From the IMG/VR virus record IMGVR_UViG_3300046787_000099, positions 47,974 to 111,973 of that record: a stretch of DNA of 64,000 nucleotides, one strand, 5' to 3'. Made by a program: the position numbers and the translations under genes. The notes under the pieces were generated by a model. It had not been told where the DNA came from, made no database searches, and worked only from the letters and a program-made list of their open reading frames with translations. Below are positions 1 to 10,107 of the stretch, one piece after another. How positions within the stretch are numbered: position 1 is the stretch's first letter; each line of letters starts with the position of its first letter. This stretch comes from a virus.

Positions 1-1
1 A

Positions 2-3000
2 TGAAGGATTACCCAAATAAGCAGCTTGTGGATTGCTTGTATTGATTGTAAGCATTGTGTTATATAACAATGACTTATTCTCAAAGCGAGCAAGGATAGC
101 CTTGTTCTGAATACCATCAAGAGAAACTAAGTTACCAAAGTTCTGAGGGAAATCAAAGAATGCTAATGGTGTATAACTTAACCAGCTATTTACTTTGTTG
201 CTAGGATTAGTATCTTGTGCCTCTGAGTAAACAGCTCTGAATGGATAATATGTATTGCAGTTGTTCTCACTCCAATCAGCAGGAAGATGAGAGAAGAAGT
301 TCTCTGTATTCTGCTTAGAGTAAGACACATTGTAATAGTAAGTATTGTCTTGAGCAATAGGTACAAATGTTTGTTGTAACCATTGATCAGGAATACCAGA
401 GCTTACACGAGGATAGAAGTCTCCTTCTCTATTGTTAAATGATTGACGTAAGTCTAAGTTAATAGAACTCTCACAATAGAAATACGGAATACCATACGCA
501 AACATGTAGAACTTACCTGTGTACGATGCAGTGTTTGTACCCAAGCTGCTACCTCCCAACACTGTTGTTGTGGTAGTAGTTGTACCATTAAGAGGAGACT
601 CTGAAGGGCAATCAAAGTTATGAGCCTTGATTGATATAATGTTTCTTAATGTAGATATAGGTGCACCAGAATCAGGCTTATTGAAATCATACAACACTGA
701 TCTTGAAGAATGCCAGTATTGAGGATAAGCAATGTTACCTAATTGATCATACTCAATATCACTATCATCTGGAGCATTTACTCTATTATCAATAAAGAAC
801 GGAAGCTTAGTCTTGAATGCAAAACGAGAGATGAATGTATCACCACCAAATACAGTTTGGATTCCTGGTGTAGAATCAACATCTACTTGGAATCCTGTAT
901 CAATTGTAGTGTACGTATATATCTGTCCCCATTGATTAGGTAGTATATTCTTTAATGAACCATAGTAAGATACTACATTAATAGTTTCTAAGAACTCAGG
1001 AACACCACAGTTACCACTTTGTGATAAAGTGAATCTTGAGTTATCTTCAATCTGTCCATTAAGAGAAGGTGTGTCTTGAGCATAAGGAAGAGCAGTCTTT
1101 GATGCTGCTGTCTTTAAGTATACAGATGTTTCTCTTTGGAAGTTGTTTATATCATGATCATCACTAACAGACTGAACACCTGGAAGTAAGTATTGATAAA
1201 GATCAAGCTCACGTTGTTTGATACCTGCACCATTAGCAACATCAGCAGAGTAATCATACTGTGCTACAGAGTTGAATGAATATGCAAAGTTCTTTCTACT
1301 AATACCATTAATATAGATAGTTAGATAAGCTTGATACATAGTAAACATACCAGCCTGATTAAACGGACTAGTAATATTAGCAACCTTATAACTATCTAAT
1401 AATGCTTGATATTGAATCTCTTTAGTTAATAGTCTATATCTAGCATTGTTCTTCACTTCTACAAAGTGTGCACTACCTGCACCAAACATTGCATTCTCTA
1501 ACTTAAGAACAGATCCTAGTGAAGGTTGTCCAAAAGAAGTTTCAGGTGAGTTGAATATATATCTATACTTAGAAGCATCTGTAGAGAAACCATCTAAGTT
1601 TGCAGGTTGACAATAAGGATTTACATTACTAAATGCTACTGTATATCTAGTATCTCCACCAGTGAACTGAGGAGTAGTTGCAGAACAAATTATAACAGGC
1701 TCATCTGCAAGAACTGTAAGAGGAGTGTTAGTAGGATAAGTTAAAGCATCCTGATAGACAAATGTAGTAGATGACTGAGATGTTATTCTGTAGAACTTAG
1801 CATTGTATTGAGCTACAGGATTAGTAATTGTTGTAGTTCCAGTTAATATAACTGGTTGTGTTACAGAGCAAATATACTGCACACCTGCAGATAAATCTAA
1901 ACTTACTAATTCTCCTGTAGAAGAACTGTTGTATTGAATACTAGCAAATGCTGGTGTATCTAACTTCCAATAAATAGACTCACTGTTGTAAGCATTGTTT
2001 TCTTCAAGAAGGAATGGATCTCTGCTAACATCATTATAAGGATAGTTAGCATAGTAGTATGATGTATTCTCACGAGTGTATTTACCTACGTTACGTAGAA
2101 TACCTTTTGCTACAATAGATTTATTTGTAGATCTATTACCACGAACAATCTTGAATCCAGCAATCTCAGCCTTTTGATCTGCTGTCAAATCAGAAGCAGC
2201 AATCAAATCTAATACTTGTTGTGTATCAATTCTTACACCAAGAGGGAATACAGACTCAGGGTTCTGCATAACTGGTGAAATAGGTGTTGATACACTATAT
2301 GAAGGAGACTCATAAATAGGACTAACTAGAACATCAGGAAACTTGTGATGTCTAATTGGTTGACCAGCAAGATCTCCCCACACATTAGGATCACAAGGAT
2401 ATGTCTCTAATGATTCCCAATATGCAAACTCTCCATACTTATATGGTGTAGCACCATTGATACTAGCACCTGAACCATTCCCTGTTACAGATGCAGTGTT
2501 ATAAATCTTCCATGTAGGAGCAGATGTTCCTGTACCAATATAGTCAGGATTGCTATTAGGAATAGCTACTAAGTCTGAAGCAACCGATGCTCTACCAGGA
2601 ATGTGGAAACCATCTGTCTGCTTACCATTCCTCAATAAGAATACAATCTCAAATGCATACACCTCATCACGTAAATATCCACGTAAGTCTGTAGCATTTA
2701 ACTCATTTGCATAGTCTTGATTAGCAGGCATTTTGTACGTCTGCCACATCAAAGAAATATCGTTAGCAATCTTCTGATAACTTAATCGATCATCAGATGT
2801 TAAACCATCCCAAATAAGAATATCTTGTACAGATGTAATATCTTGAGCAACACTATAATAAGGTTGTTTCTCAAAGATGTCAGCAATAGTTAATCTGATT
2901 TGCTCTTGATTCTGTCCTGTATAAGTTATTTGTCTAGTTCTACCATCAATGAAGTAAGTACCAATTAGTTCTACAGATACTATAGCGTTGATGTTCTTGA

Positions 3001-3817
3001 TTACAGCAACATTGTAATACTCAAAGTATCCTGTTAAATCTAAGTTAGCAATATCTACAACAATAGACTTATTAACTGGGTAGTTAAAGTTTAATGTCTC
3101 AACGTTAGTGTTAGCAATAGGAAGAGGATTGGTAATAGAATAGTATGATGTATAACCAACACCATTAGCATTAGAATACTGAATAGCAAATTGGTATGTA
3201 CCAGATATAAGCTCACCACCATTAACTACCTCAGCTATATCTAATACAGGAATATCAAAGTTAGGTTGGATCTTTAACTTGTTACAATCAATCTCTCTTG
3301 TTGAAATAGTTTCACAAAGATTATCTCCAATAACTGTAACATAAGGAATGTTATCAATATCTAGATATCTACGAGGGTTTAATCCATCAGTCCAATAGAT
3401 TTCAGTTGTACAGTTTGATATCTTATGTACAGCCTTGTGAATAGGATTGTCAATGTTAAAGTTTAGACATGGAGAATTGATGTATGTATTATACACACAA
3501 TCATTGTTATCCATATATCCAATCTCAGAATCTCCAGTGTTAGGATTTACTAAGAAGAATATATGTTTGTTCTTCTCTTGAATAAAGTGTTCTCCAATAA
3601 GAACATAATCTTCAGGAAACTGTAAACACAGCACATTACCTGCCTCATTCTGATAGTTTACAGAATCGGAGTCAAAGTTTTCTATAGCCGCATTCAATGC
3701 ATATGTAAGCTTGCCTTTAGGTACTTGAGCAAGAGTTTGGTCCATGTTAAGACCACTCTGTGCAGCATTAAAGTTTTGCTTTACATTCCCTTGATTAGTT
3801 GTTTCTTCTCCAGCCAT
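2..3817 (-). CDS. Large tail muzzle/stabilization protein (crAss-like), partial, runs off window start
   Basis: Not in ORF track because no stop lies in the window. ATG at 3817 reads MAGEETTNQGNVKQNFNAAQSGLNMD...YWTDGLNPRRYLDID. The GLNxD and YWTDxxNP motifs and the position after the ring genes match the crAss stabilization protein. Contains an NGTTTTTTTV tract (Thr codons 563-583). Confidence 0.75.
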   Translation of the reverse strand, partial: MAGEETTNQGNVKQNFNAAQSGLNMDQTLAQVPKGKLTYALNAAIENFDSDSVNYQNEAGNVLCLQFPEDYVLIGEHFIQEKNKHIFFLVNPNTGDSEIGYMDNNDCVYNTYINSPCLNFNIDNPIHKAVHKISNCTTEIYWTDGLNPRRYLDIDNIPYVTVIGDNLCETISTREIDCNKLKIQPNFDIPVLDIAEVVNGGELISGTYQFAIQYSNANGVGYTSYYSITNPLPIANTNVETLNFNYPVNKSIVVDIANLDLTGYFEYYNVAVIKNINAIVSVELIGTYFIDGRTRQITYTGQNQEQIRLTIADIFEKQPYYSVAQDITSVQDILIWDGLTSDDRLSYQKIANDISLMWQTYKMPANQDYANELNATDLRGYLRDEVYAFEIVFLLRNGKQTDGFHIPGRASVASDLVAIPNSNPDYIGTGTSAPTWKIYNTASVTGNGSGASINGATPYKYGEFAYWESLETYPCDPNVWGDLAGQPIRHHKFPDVLVSPIYESPSYSVSTPISPVMQNPESVFPLGVRIDTQQVLDLIAASDLTADQKAEIAGFKIVRGNRSTNKSIVAKGILRNVGKYTRENTSYYYANYPYNDVSRDPFLLEENNAYNSESIYWKLDTPAFASIQYNSSSTGELVSLDLSAGVQYICSVTQPVILTGTTTITNPVAQYNAKFYRITSQSSTTFVYQDALTYPTNTPLTVLADEPVIICSATTPQFTGGDTRYTVAFSNVNPYCQPANLDGFSTDASKYRYIFNSPETSFGQPSLGSVLKLENAMFGAGSAHFVEVKNNARYRLLTKEIQYQALLDSYKVANITSPFNQAGMFTMYQAYLTIYINGISRKNFAYSFNSVAQYDYSADVANGAGIKQRELDLYQYLLPGVQSVSDDHDINNFQRETSVYLKTAASKTALPYAQDTPSLNGQIEDNSRFTLSQSGNCGVPEFLETINVVSYYGSLKNILPNQWGQIYTYTTIDTGFQVDVDSTPGIQTVFGGDTFISRFAFKTKLPFFIDNRVNAPDDSDIEYDQLGNIAYPQYWHSSRSVLYDFNKPDSGAPISTLRNIISIKAHNFDCPSESPLNGTTTTTTTVLGGSSLGTNTASYTGKFYMFAYGIPYFYCESSINLDLRQSFNNREGDFYPRVSSGIPDQWLQQTFVPIAQDNTYYYNVSYSKQNTENFFSHLPADWSENNCNTYYPFRAVYSEAQDTNPSNKVNSWLSYTPLAFFDFPQNFGNLVSLDGIQNKAILARFENKSLLYNTMLTINTSNPQAAYLGNPS

Positions 3818-4763
3818 ATCTATTTGTTCTGTTTGGCAGTTCGTACATGTTGAACCTGTTTAGGTCATTCTTGATTCTGCGTTGTTTCTCCCAAGGAGTT
3901 TGCTTCTTTATTTCAATGTCTGCCATAATGAATGCTTCCTCAGAAAGTTGCTTATAATAGCCAAGTTTCTTCTGTAGCTGTTCGAACGTCTCATCTGTTA
4001 ATTGGTTAGATAGGGTTTCAAATATCTTGTACTTAATAAATGCTTCTACATACTCTCTAATACGATAGTTATCAGGAATCAATTGATTACCAATACCATC
4101 ATACTCAACAGTATAGAATATCAAGTGAACAATACCATTTCTGAAGTTAGTGACAAACTTGTTGTCTCTGATATCAAAACTATCATAACCAGCAGCCCCA
4201 GGAGTGAACTCGCGAATCGTAGGTACTGAAGGAGCAAAATCCCATGACTCAGTATACTTTACATCACAGTTAGCCTGTGCAGATAAATTGCCTGGCTTAA
4301 GTAAATATTCTTTCTTGTATGATCTAGTAGTTTGTGTATTAGTCTTGTATACAGCTTGAATTAAATCAGGCATACAAGAAGGACATCCTGTTGTACATGT
4401 AGGGTTAGAACAAGGAACACCACCAACTGTAACAGGAGAAACTTGAATAGTTGTAGCTGAAGCAGCTTGAGAATAGAATGAGTTAGCAGATTGGTATGGC
4501 AACTGAGGAATCTCTGTAGCCATCCATGCTTCTCTTACAGCAAAGAAGTTATCTGGAAGTCTTGCTTGAAAGTCTTGGATGTGAAGAATTTGTTCACTAA
4601 TAACATAAGTAGCTCTACCTAACTTACGAAGACACTTATCCAAGTAAGTAGGGAACAATAAGTCATCTACAGCTCCTGTATCAAAGTAGCTTTTTAACTC
4701 CTCTTTAACTGTAGAGTAAACAGGCTCAGGAGAGACAAAGTTATATTTATAGTAGTACGACAT
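3795..4763 (-). CDS. Tail ring/adaptor (tail tubular-like) protein
   Basis: 322 aa; lies between the HU-like gene and the muzzle, as in crAss-like gene order; ...Y...D..G..LIPD motif. Confidence 0.55.
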   Translation of the reverse strand: MSYYYKYNFVSPEPVYSTVKEELKSYFDTGAVDDLLFPTYLDKCLRKLGRATYVISEQILHIQDFQARLPDNFFAVREAWMATEIPQLPYQSANSFYSQAASATTIQVSPVTVGGVPCSNPTCTTGCPSCMPDLIQAVYKTNTQTTRSYKKEYLLKPGNLSAQANCDVKYTESWDFAPSVPTIREFTPGAAGYDSFDIRDNKFVTNFRNGIVHLIFYTVEYDGIGNQLIPDNYRIREYVEAFIKYKIFETLSNQLTDETFEQLQKKLGYYKQLSEEAFIMADIEIKKQTPWEKQRRIKNDLNRFNMYELPNRTNRYGWRRNN

Positions 4764-4766
4764 AAG

Positions 4767-5246
4767 TTATTTTTTCCACTCACGATAGATATGTTGATAT
4801 TTCTCGTCAGTCTTTATATAGTGAGATAATAGTCTTGATGTTGTTCTGGTAGGTTTAAAGTACCAAAGGTTTGTATGCTTTAATCTAGCTGTCTCTCTAA
4901 ACCACATCCATCCAAAGAAGTATCCCTCCGTGTGGTAATTGAAATTGTAGATTCTCTTTCCCTTCTCTTTACTCTTTTGCCAATCAATAGGCAAGTTAAT
5001 TACATCTACACCATCCACCTTCTTAAACTTCTTTCTCTTCTTCTTGTTAATAGAGAACTCACCAAAGCCAAGTGGTAACTTAGCTTTCTCTCCAGTTTCA
5101 AGAATGTAGTTTTTGAATGCCTCGTTGAACGAGTAGATGATGTTCCTCCACTCATCAAATGTGAGCTTTATTAGAGGATGCTTCTTACAGAAGCTTTTGT
5201 AGTTGTCTTTGCTGGATGATCTCCAGTCTATTTTAACTCTTGGCAT
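4767..5246 (-). CDS. HU/IHF-like DNA-binding protein
   Basis: Basic 159 aa; ETGEKAKLPLGFGEFSINKK resembles the HU/IHF GFGxF signature; crAss-like phages carry an IHF-like gene in the tail module. Confidence 0.65.
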   Translation of the reverse strand: MPRVKIDWRSSSKDNYKSFCKKHPLIKLTFDEWRNIIYSFNEAFKNYILETGEKAKLPLGFGEFSINKKKRKKFKKVDGVDVINLPIDWQKSKEKGKRIYNFNYHTEGYFFGWMWFRETARLKHTNLWYFKPTRTTSRLLSHYIKTDEKYQHIYREWKK

Positions 5247-5959
5247 TATTGCTTGCTTACTTGATCATCTTTATTGTCAGATGTTTTATCATCATTGATC
5301 TTAAAGTATGTCGAGATTAGTTTCTGTGAGGTTAATTCTAACACTTGCTTCTCTAAGTATCCTGGACATCCATACTCTTTGTCTAATGGATTCTTGCAAT
5401 ACTCATTAAGATCTACACCATTTGCACAACAACATTCAGAGAACATGATCTCATTTGGAACATCTTCCTCAAAGAATGCTGCAATACGTACAGCTTGTAA
5501 CAATGGATTACTAACATATAGATATCCATTAACAATCCAGTAGTATGGCTGATTCTTGATTAAAGGAAGAGATAATAGATTTAGATATCTATTGATTGTT
5601 ACTTCCTTAAATCTAGTTCCTTGACCTCCCATAGCATTGATAGACCACACACCTTGAATAAGGTATTGATAGTTACCTTCTGCAATACGAGGAAGCTTGA
5701 ATCTAGTTCTAGATACATTACATGGATCAACATAATCACAACACTCAGAGATAGGTACTTGAATCATCTCTAAGCAAGGGATGGTTGTGAAGATGGTATC
5801 TGTAGCCCAAAGTCTACGAAGATTAGTCTCACGTTTAAGTAATAGCTGCGTGTTGTTTTTAATCTCAGACGCAACAACCCTATCAGTGATAAGGTTGTCC
5901 GTTGATAGCAATTTGTGCATTGAACGCACGTCTGAAACTAATTTTCTTAATGTTGCCAT
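5246..5959 (-). CDS. Tail ring/neck structural protein
   Basis: 237 aa; MATLRKLVSD start, YYWIVNGYLY, FFEED; structural operon context. Confidence 0.55.
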   Translation of the reverse strand: MATLRKLVSDVRSMHKLLSTDNLITDRVVASEIKNNTQLLLKRETNLRRLWATDTIFTTIPCLEMIQVPISECCDYVDPCNVSRTRFKLPRIAEGNYQYLIQGVWSINAMGGQGTRFKEVTINRYLNLLSLPLIKNQPYYWIVNGYLYVSNPLLQAVRIAAFFEEDVPNEIMFSECCCANGVDLNEYCKNPLDKEYGCPGYLEKQVLELTSQKLISTYFKINDDKTSDNKDDQVSKQ

Positions 5960-5961
5960 TG

Positions 5962-7188
5962 TTATATTCTTTCTTCAAATTCAGCAATCTTGCCAGTGTC
6001 CTTGTTATAGACTAGAGCAAGTGCTGCTCTAACACTATGAACATAGTTGTTATCTAAGTGCCATCTATCTGTACCAGACAAGCTAGGCATTTGTTGTATT
6101 CTTACACCTTTGACTTCCTTAGCCATGTAGTGGTGTTTATCTCCTGTGTGAACCTCTCTGTACTTAGCATATCCAAACATTTGACTATACTCAGGATGAG
6201 TTGCAAACAATAATGGAAGATCTTCAATCTTACAGTTACCATGATGATAACCAATGAATGTATCACCTACCATTACACCTTTCACTGTACTGTGTTCTCT
6301 TATGAAAGATACACTAGGATCATTCTTGAAGAATACATCTAGTGCATGTGCTAGGTAATAAGACTTAGTTCTGTCATGATTACCTTGTACTAATACTACC
6401 TTCACATTCTCACACACTCTACTGATTGCCTTGATAGTATCTACAAGCAAGTTAAAGCCTGCTTCATATTCATCAGCATAGTCCATAATAGTGTCTTGTG
6501 GAGTACCATTTGTTGTCTGATGCTGATAGTTATCAGTGTGAAAGAAATCGTTTGATATAGGGAACACAATCGTGTCTATATCATACAATGATGTCACATT
6601 ACCAATAAGAGATGTAGCAGTTGTGTAATATCTTGCACACCTTGTCCATACAGAGTTATCACCATCTATGTGTCTCTTAGCTAAGTGATAGTCAGATAAT
6701 GATAATTCAACATCTACCATCTTTTGCTCAATGTGATTAGATGTATGTTTTGGTTCAGGAATGTAGTTAGATTTGTAATTTTCTAGGAACTTTGCAAAGT
6801 CCTCAGGAGTGTAGTCTTTAGCTTCTTTTCTCTTAGAGAATACTGAAGAAGTAAATTTACCATTAGGTAATAACTTAGACCAGTAGTTTGTAATAACGTA
6901 TTTATCAAGGTTAATCTTGTGCAGAGCAGCAAGCTCTATATCATCCTTGGGTTCAAAATCGAGAATCAATATGCTCTCAATAGTTCCTTTCTCATTGTTA
7001 ATCTTTCGTACAGATTCACACAATAAAGGTGCTTTCAATGGATCGTTTTGTTCTCCCTCTCTTAGCTCTTTTAACAATTCATCTACTTCATTTTCAGTAA
7101 TACCAAGCCTTGAGGCATAGTATGTTTTACTTTTCTTATGCTTCATTAATGCTTGAAGCATCGAAAGTTGATCCTGGTTTCCAGTCAT
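5962..7188 (-). CDS. Calcineurin-like metallophosphoesterase with N-terminal HTH-like segment
   Basis: Motifs SDYH, NDFFHTD, GNHD, HHG and GDKHH in canonical order. Confidence 0.8.
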   Translation of the reverse strand: MTGNQDQLSMLQALMKHKKSKTYYASRLGITENEVDELLKELREGEQNDPLKAPLLCESVRKINNEKGTIESILILDFEPKDDIELAALHKINLDKYVITNYWSKLLPNGKFTSSVFSKRKEAKDYTPEDFAKFLENYKSNYIPEPKHTSNHIEQKMVDVELSLSDYHLAKRHIDGDNSVWTRCARYYTTATSLIGNVTSLYDIDTIVFPISNDFFHTDNYQHQTTNGTPQDTIMDYADEYEAGFNLLVDTIKAISRVCENVKVVLVQGNHDRTKSYYLAHALDVFFKNDPSVSFIREHSTVKGVMVGDTFIGYHHGNCKIEDLPLLFATHPEYSQMFGYAKYREVHTGDKHHYMAKEVKGVRIQQMPSLSGTDRWHLDNNYVHSVRAALALVYNKDTGKIAEFEERI

Positions 7189-7292
7189 CCTACTTGTAGT
7201 TTAGTTAAATTGTCCTAAATATAAAAATTAATTTCCGTATTTACCAAACTATTGTAACAGAATTAATTATATAGGTTAATCAAGTTAGTTAT

Positions 7293-7327
7293 AAAAAAGA
7301 AAACTCCCAGGGGTTTATTCCTGGGAG
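7293..7327 (-). terminator. Rho-independent terminator
   Basis: CTCCCAGG/CCTGGGAG stem followed on the minus strand by TTTTCTTTTTT. Confidence 0.75.
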
Positions 7328-7363
7328 AAACCCTGTAAACCAACAAACAGGATTTTTTGTATC

Positions 7364-8020
7364 TTAAACTATCGTAATCTTTACAGTTTGATAGAATCCT
7401 GGAGCAACACCAGCACTACTCATAACCATTTGGAAGCTAGAGAATGTGAAGTTTGGTGTACCAGGAGTGATAGTTTGAAGGACAGTTGTACCATCATAAG
7501 CAATTCTCTCAATCTTCTGAATAGTTTTACCAGCACCAGAAACAATTGTAGATCCTCCTAATTGATACGATAATGTATTAACTAAATCTAGATTGTATGA
7601 TGTTGTGAAACTTCCATATCCACCTTGAGAATTCAACACTACTGTCGCATCACCTGAAGGAGTTACTTGGAATGCATAGTTATAATGAATTTCTGCAACT
7701 GTAGTTGTGGTTGTAGTTGTAGGAGTTGCTGTTGTAGTAGTACTAGTTGTTGTACTTGTACTTGTACTAGTTGTAGATGTTGTAGTTGTAGTTGATGTAA
7801 TTACATTCAAATCTACATATGTCTGACATGTTCCAGGAGAGGATACACGAATAGTTGTTGTTCCATCAGGAACTACTGTACTAATATATCCTGCAACTAA
7901 AGAGGCTTTAGATACTCCCGTAGCAAATGCAGTAGTGTAACCATCTGTATTTGAATACAAGTTAAATGTAGGACCAGTGTCCGCTCCTGCTAAAGTTAAT
8001 GTTATTGATACTGTTATCAT
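7364..8020 (-). CDS. Putative virion accessory/fibre protein with central Thr/Ser-rich linker
   Basis: 218 aa; beta-rich domains flank TTSTTTTTSTTSTSTSTTTSTTTTATPTTTTTTT. Confidence 0.55.
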   Translation of the reverse strand: MITVSITLTLAGADTGPTFNLYSNTDGYTTAFATGVSKASLVAGYISTVVPDGTTTIRVSSPGTCQTYVDLNVITSTTTTTSTTSTSTSTTTSTTTTATPTTTTTTTVAEIHYNYAFQVTPSGDATVVLNSQGGYGSFTTSYNLDLVNTLSYQLGGSTIVSGAGKTIQKIERIAYDGTTVLQTITPGTPNFTFSSFQMVMSSAGVAPGFYQTVKITIV

Positions 8021-8031
8021 TTGGTTTAATA

Positions 8032-8418
8032 TTAACTAGTTGTGGTAGTAGTAGTTGTTGTTGGTGTTACAGTAGTTGTTGTTGTTGTCGTTGAACAACC
8101 ATTTACTAATGCACAGAATCTAGCTTTCAATACAGGATCATTAGAAATAGCAGTTAGTATCTGATCAGCTTGATTATCTGGATCAAGGGTATTGTCAATC
8201 TTTTGAATAACAACATTTAGTATATCAGCATAGTTTACTCCTGTGTAAGGTAAGTTAGGTCCATTATAGTAGATTAAATCTGTTTTAATTGGATATCCTA
8301 AGAACCTGTCACTCAAGCAACCTGCTGGATACAATGTATATACATTAGGACCATTACATGGCATTCCTGGTAAACAAGACATATTGTTAAAATTTAAACT
8401 GATGTGATAACTTGCCAA
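8032..8418 (-). CDS. Putative virion protein, Cys-rich N-terminus and poly-Thr C-terminal tail
   Basis: Probable true start MSCLPGMPC; ends CSTTTTTTTVTPTTTTTTTTS. Confidence 0.5.
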   Translation of the reverse strand: MASYHISLNFNNMSCLPGMPCNGPNVYTLYPAGCLSDRFLGYPIKTDLIYYNGPNLPYTGVNYADILNVVIQKIDNTLDPDNQADQILTAISNDPVLKARFCALVNGCSTTTTTTTVTPTTTTTTTTS

Positions 8419-9059
8419 GCAGATCCTGTATACACATTAAGCTTAGAAGTTGTTGTATTAAAGATGATTAGACCAGTAGCAGGAGAAACCATTGCGTCTC
8501 TTTGACCTGTAGTCATGTTCTTAGCAGCAAGTCCTGGTAAGGATGCTTGATAAGAAGCAATAAGAGTGTTTAGATCTGCAAGCTTTACATAGTTAGTATC
8601 TACATCTAATGCTAATGCTTCAAGATCTGTTTCTGTTGCACAAACTTTGTTAATGATAGCTTGAACAACAAGGTGAGTATCAGAAGAATTCGTAACACCA
8701 GATAAACAATCTACATTATAATCAGCATTCAATGTAGTGATGGCAGCAGCTACAGCAGTCACCTGAGTTTGTAAACTACATGCAGCTTTAACTAATGCAG
8801 TGAATAACTCAACAGCATTAGGAACTCTTCCCACAGGTAGATAACCTGTAACAAGAGCACAGTAGTCTCCTGAAGAAATTGTAATGTCAATACCTGTTCC
8901 GTTTAGGAATGATACAACATTTGAGATGAGTGCTTCTTCTACAAGTAATAGATTATCACCATTAGAAATTCCTAATGGTACGCTATCTAACCCTGTATAT
9001 CTAACACATTTGTCAGGTGTAATCTCAACACACCCATTATAGCAATTTGTACAAGACAT
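8394..9059 (-). CDS. Putative tail fibre/fibre-base protein (Cys-rich, coiled coil)
   Basis: MSCTNCYNGC start; C-terminal MTTGQRDAMVSPATGLIIFNTTTSKLNVYTGSAW is a typical fibre motif. Confidence 0.55.
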   Translation of the reverse strand: MSCTNCYNGCVEITPDKCVRYTGLDSVPLGISNGDNLLLVEEALISNVVSFLNGTGIDITISSGDYCALVTGYLPVGRVPNAVELFTALVKAACSLQTQVTAVAAAITTLNADYNVDCLSGVTNSSDTHLVVQAIINKVCATETDLEALALDVDTNYVKLADLNTLIASYQASLPGLAAKNMTTGQRDAMVSPATGLIIFNTTTSKLNVYTGSAWQVITSV

Positions 9060-9066
9060 TTCTTTC

Positions 9067-9333
9067 TTATTTATGAATTAAAATTTTTACTCTACTAGCA
9101 ATCATTGCAACTGTGAATGGTTTACAATATTCAGGGTTACAAGCCTTGTAAGTCAAGACTTGTTTGTAATGTAATAAATCAGCAATCACCTGTCCTGGTA
9201 TATAGTAATTTAAAGCAAATACAATATTGTTAAATTGATGGTTAGCTAAGTCTGTTAGCTTGCAATCAATATCAGCTAGTAATACAGTTATACTAGAACA
9301 ATCAATACAATTGGTCAGTCTCGGTGTTAACAT
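9067..9333 (-). CDS. Hypothetical structural-module protein
   Basis: 88 aa ORF in a tightly packed operon. Confidence 0.55.
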   Translation of the reverse strand: MLTPRLTNCIDCSSITVLLADIDCKLTDLANHQFNNIVFALNYYIPGQVIADLLHYKQVLTYKACNPEYCKPFTVAMIASRVKILIHK

Positions 9334-9339
9334 TTCTTA

Positions 9340-9453
9340 TTATTTATTTACAATTGCTTCTTGTTGAACAGCATAGTTGCATGCTGAACAATAGCCATTT
9401 ACTAATTGACATCCGCAACCAACCTTTACTTGACATCTTTTACAATTTGCCAT
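9340..9453 (-). CDS. 37-aa Cys-rich miniprotein
   Basis: Read manually: MANCKRCQVKVGCGCQLVNGYCSACNYAVQQEAIVNK; fills the operon gap exactly. Confidence 0.6.
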   Translation of the reverse strand: MANCKRCQVKVGCGCQLVNGYCSACNYAVQQEAIVNK

Positions 9454-9457
9454 AATC

Positions 9458-10024
9458 TTATCTGAAGTTATTAATGTAATTATTTCCAGAACATCCGCAG
9501 TTATTGCTGATGAAATTGTTCAACATGTTATTAGCTTGAACATAAAGTTTATTAGCTGTATCTACAGCACAGTTATTAGCAGCTGCAATAGATCCTTGAA
9601 TCATATACCAGATACTATTCAAATCCACCTTAGCTTGTGTCTTAATAGCCATATCACATTCCATCATGTCAAGCTTCATGAAAGCATTGTCAAACTTTTC
9701 TTGAATCTGCTCAATACGCATGATAGTCTTCTCTACATAGTTCTCGTATGCAGGAGCAACTGAATATCTCAAATAGTATACACCATCAGGTAGAGGTAAA
9801 TATGGATCACCCACTTCACTCAACCCTAATGTTGCTGAGTTAAATACATTGAAATCTTGTACTGTGAACGGTATAGCAACAGGATCGAAACCAGGCATTG
9901 TGATTTCAATAGTTGGAGAAGTAACTACAGGAGGTTCTGTTGGATAGGTTGATATATCAGCAATACCTAATGTAAAGGTATTGTATGTGTTAATCACTAA
10001 TATATCTAATTTTAAAGTTGGCAT
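9458..10024 (-). CDS. Structural protein (tail hub/fibre adaptor-like)
   Basis: Start moved to MPTLKLDIL; LPDGVYYLRYSV motif; ends NCGCSG. Confidence 0.55.
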   Translation of the reverse strand: MPTLKLDILVINTYNTFTLGIADISTYPTEPPVVTSPTIEITMPGFDPVAIPFTVQDFNVFNSATLGLSEVGDPYLPLPDGVYYLRYSVAPAYENYVEKTIMRIEQIQEKFDNAFMKLDMMECDMAIKTQAKVDLNSIWYMIQGSIAAANNCAVDTANKLYVQANNMLNNFISNNCGCSGNNYINNFR

Positions 10025-10042
10025 ATCGTTATAAAATAATAA

Positions 10043-10082
10043 TGCCAGAGGATTTGAGAATAATCCTCTCACCCTCTGGCAT
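10043..10082 (-). terminator. Stem-loop downstream of the auxiliary capsid gene
   Basis: ATGCCAGAGG...CCTCTGGCAT inverted repeat, then TATTATTTT on the minus strand. Confidence 0.65.
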
Positions 10083-10107
10083 AGGTTATATGATTCTTAC
10101 CTTCTGA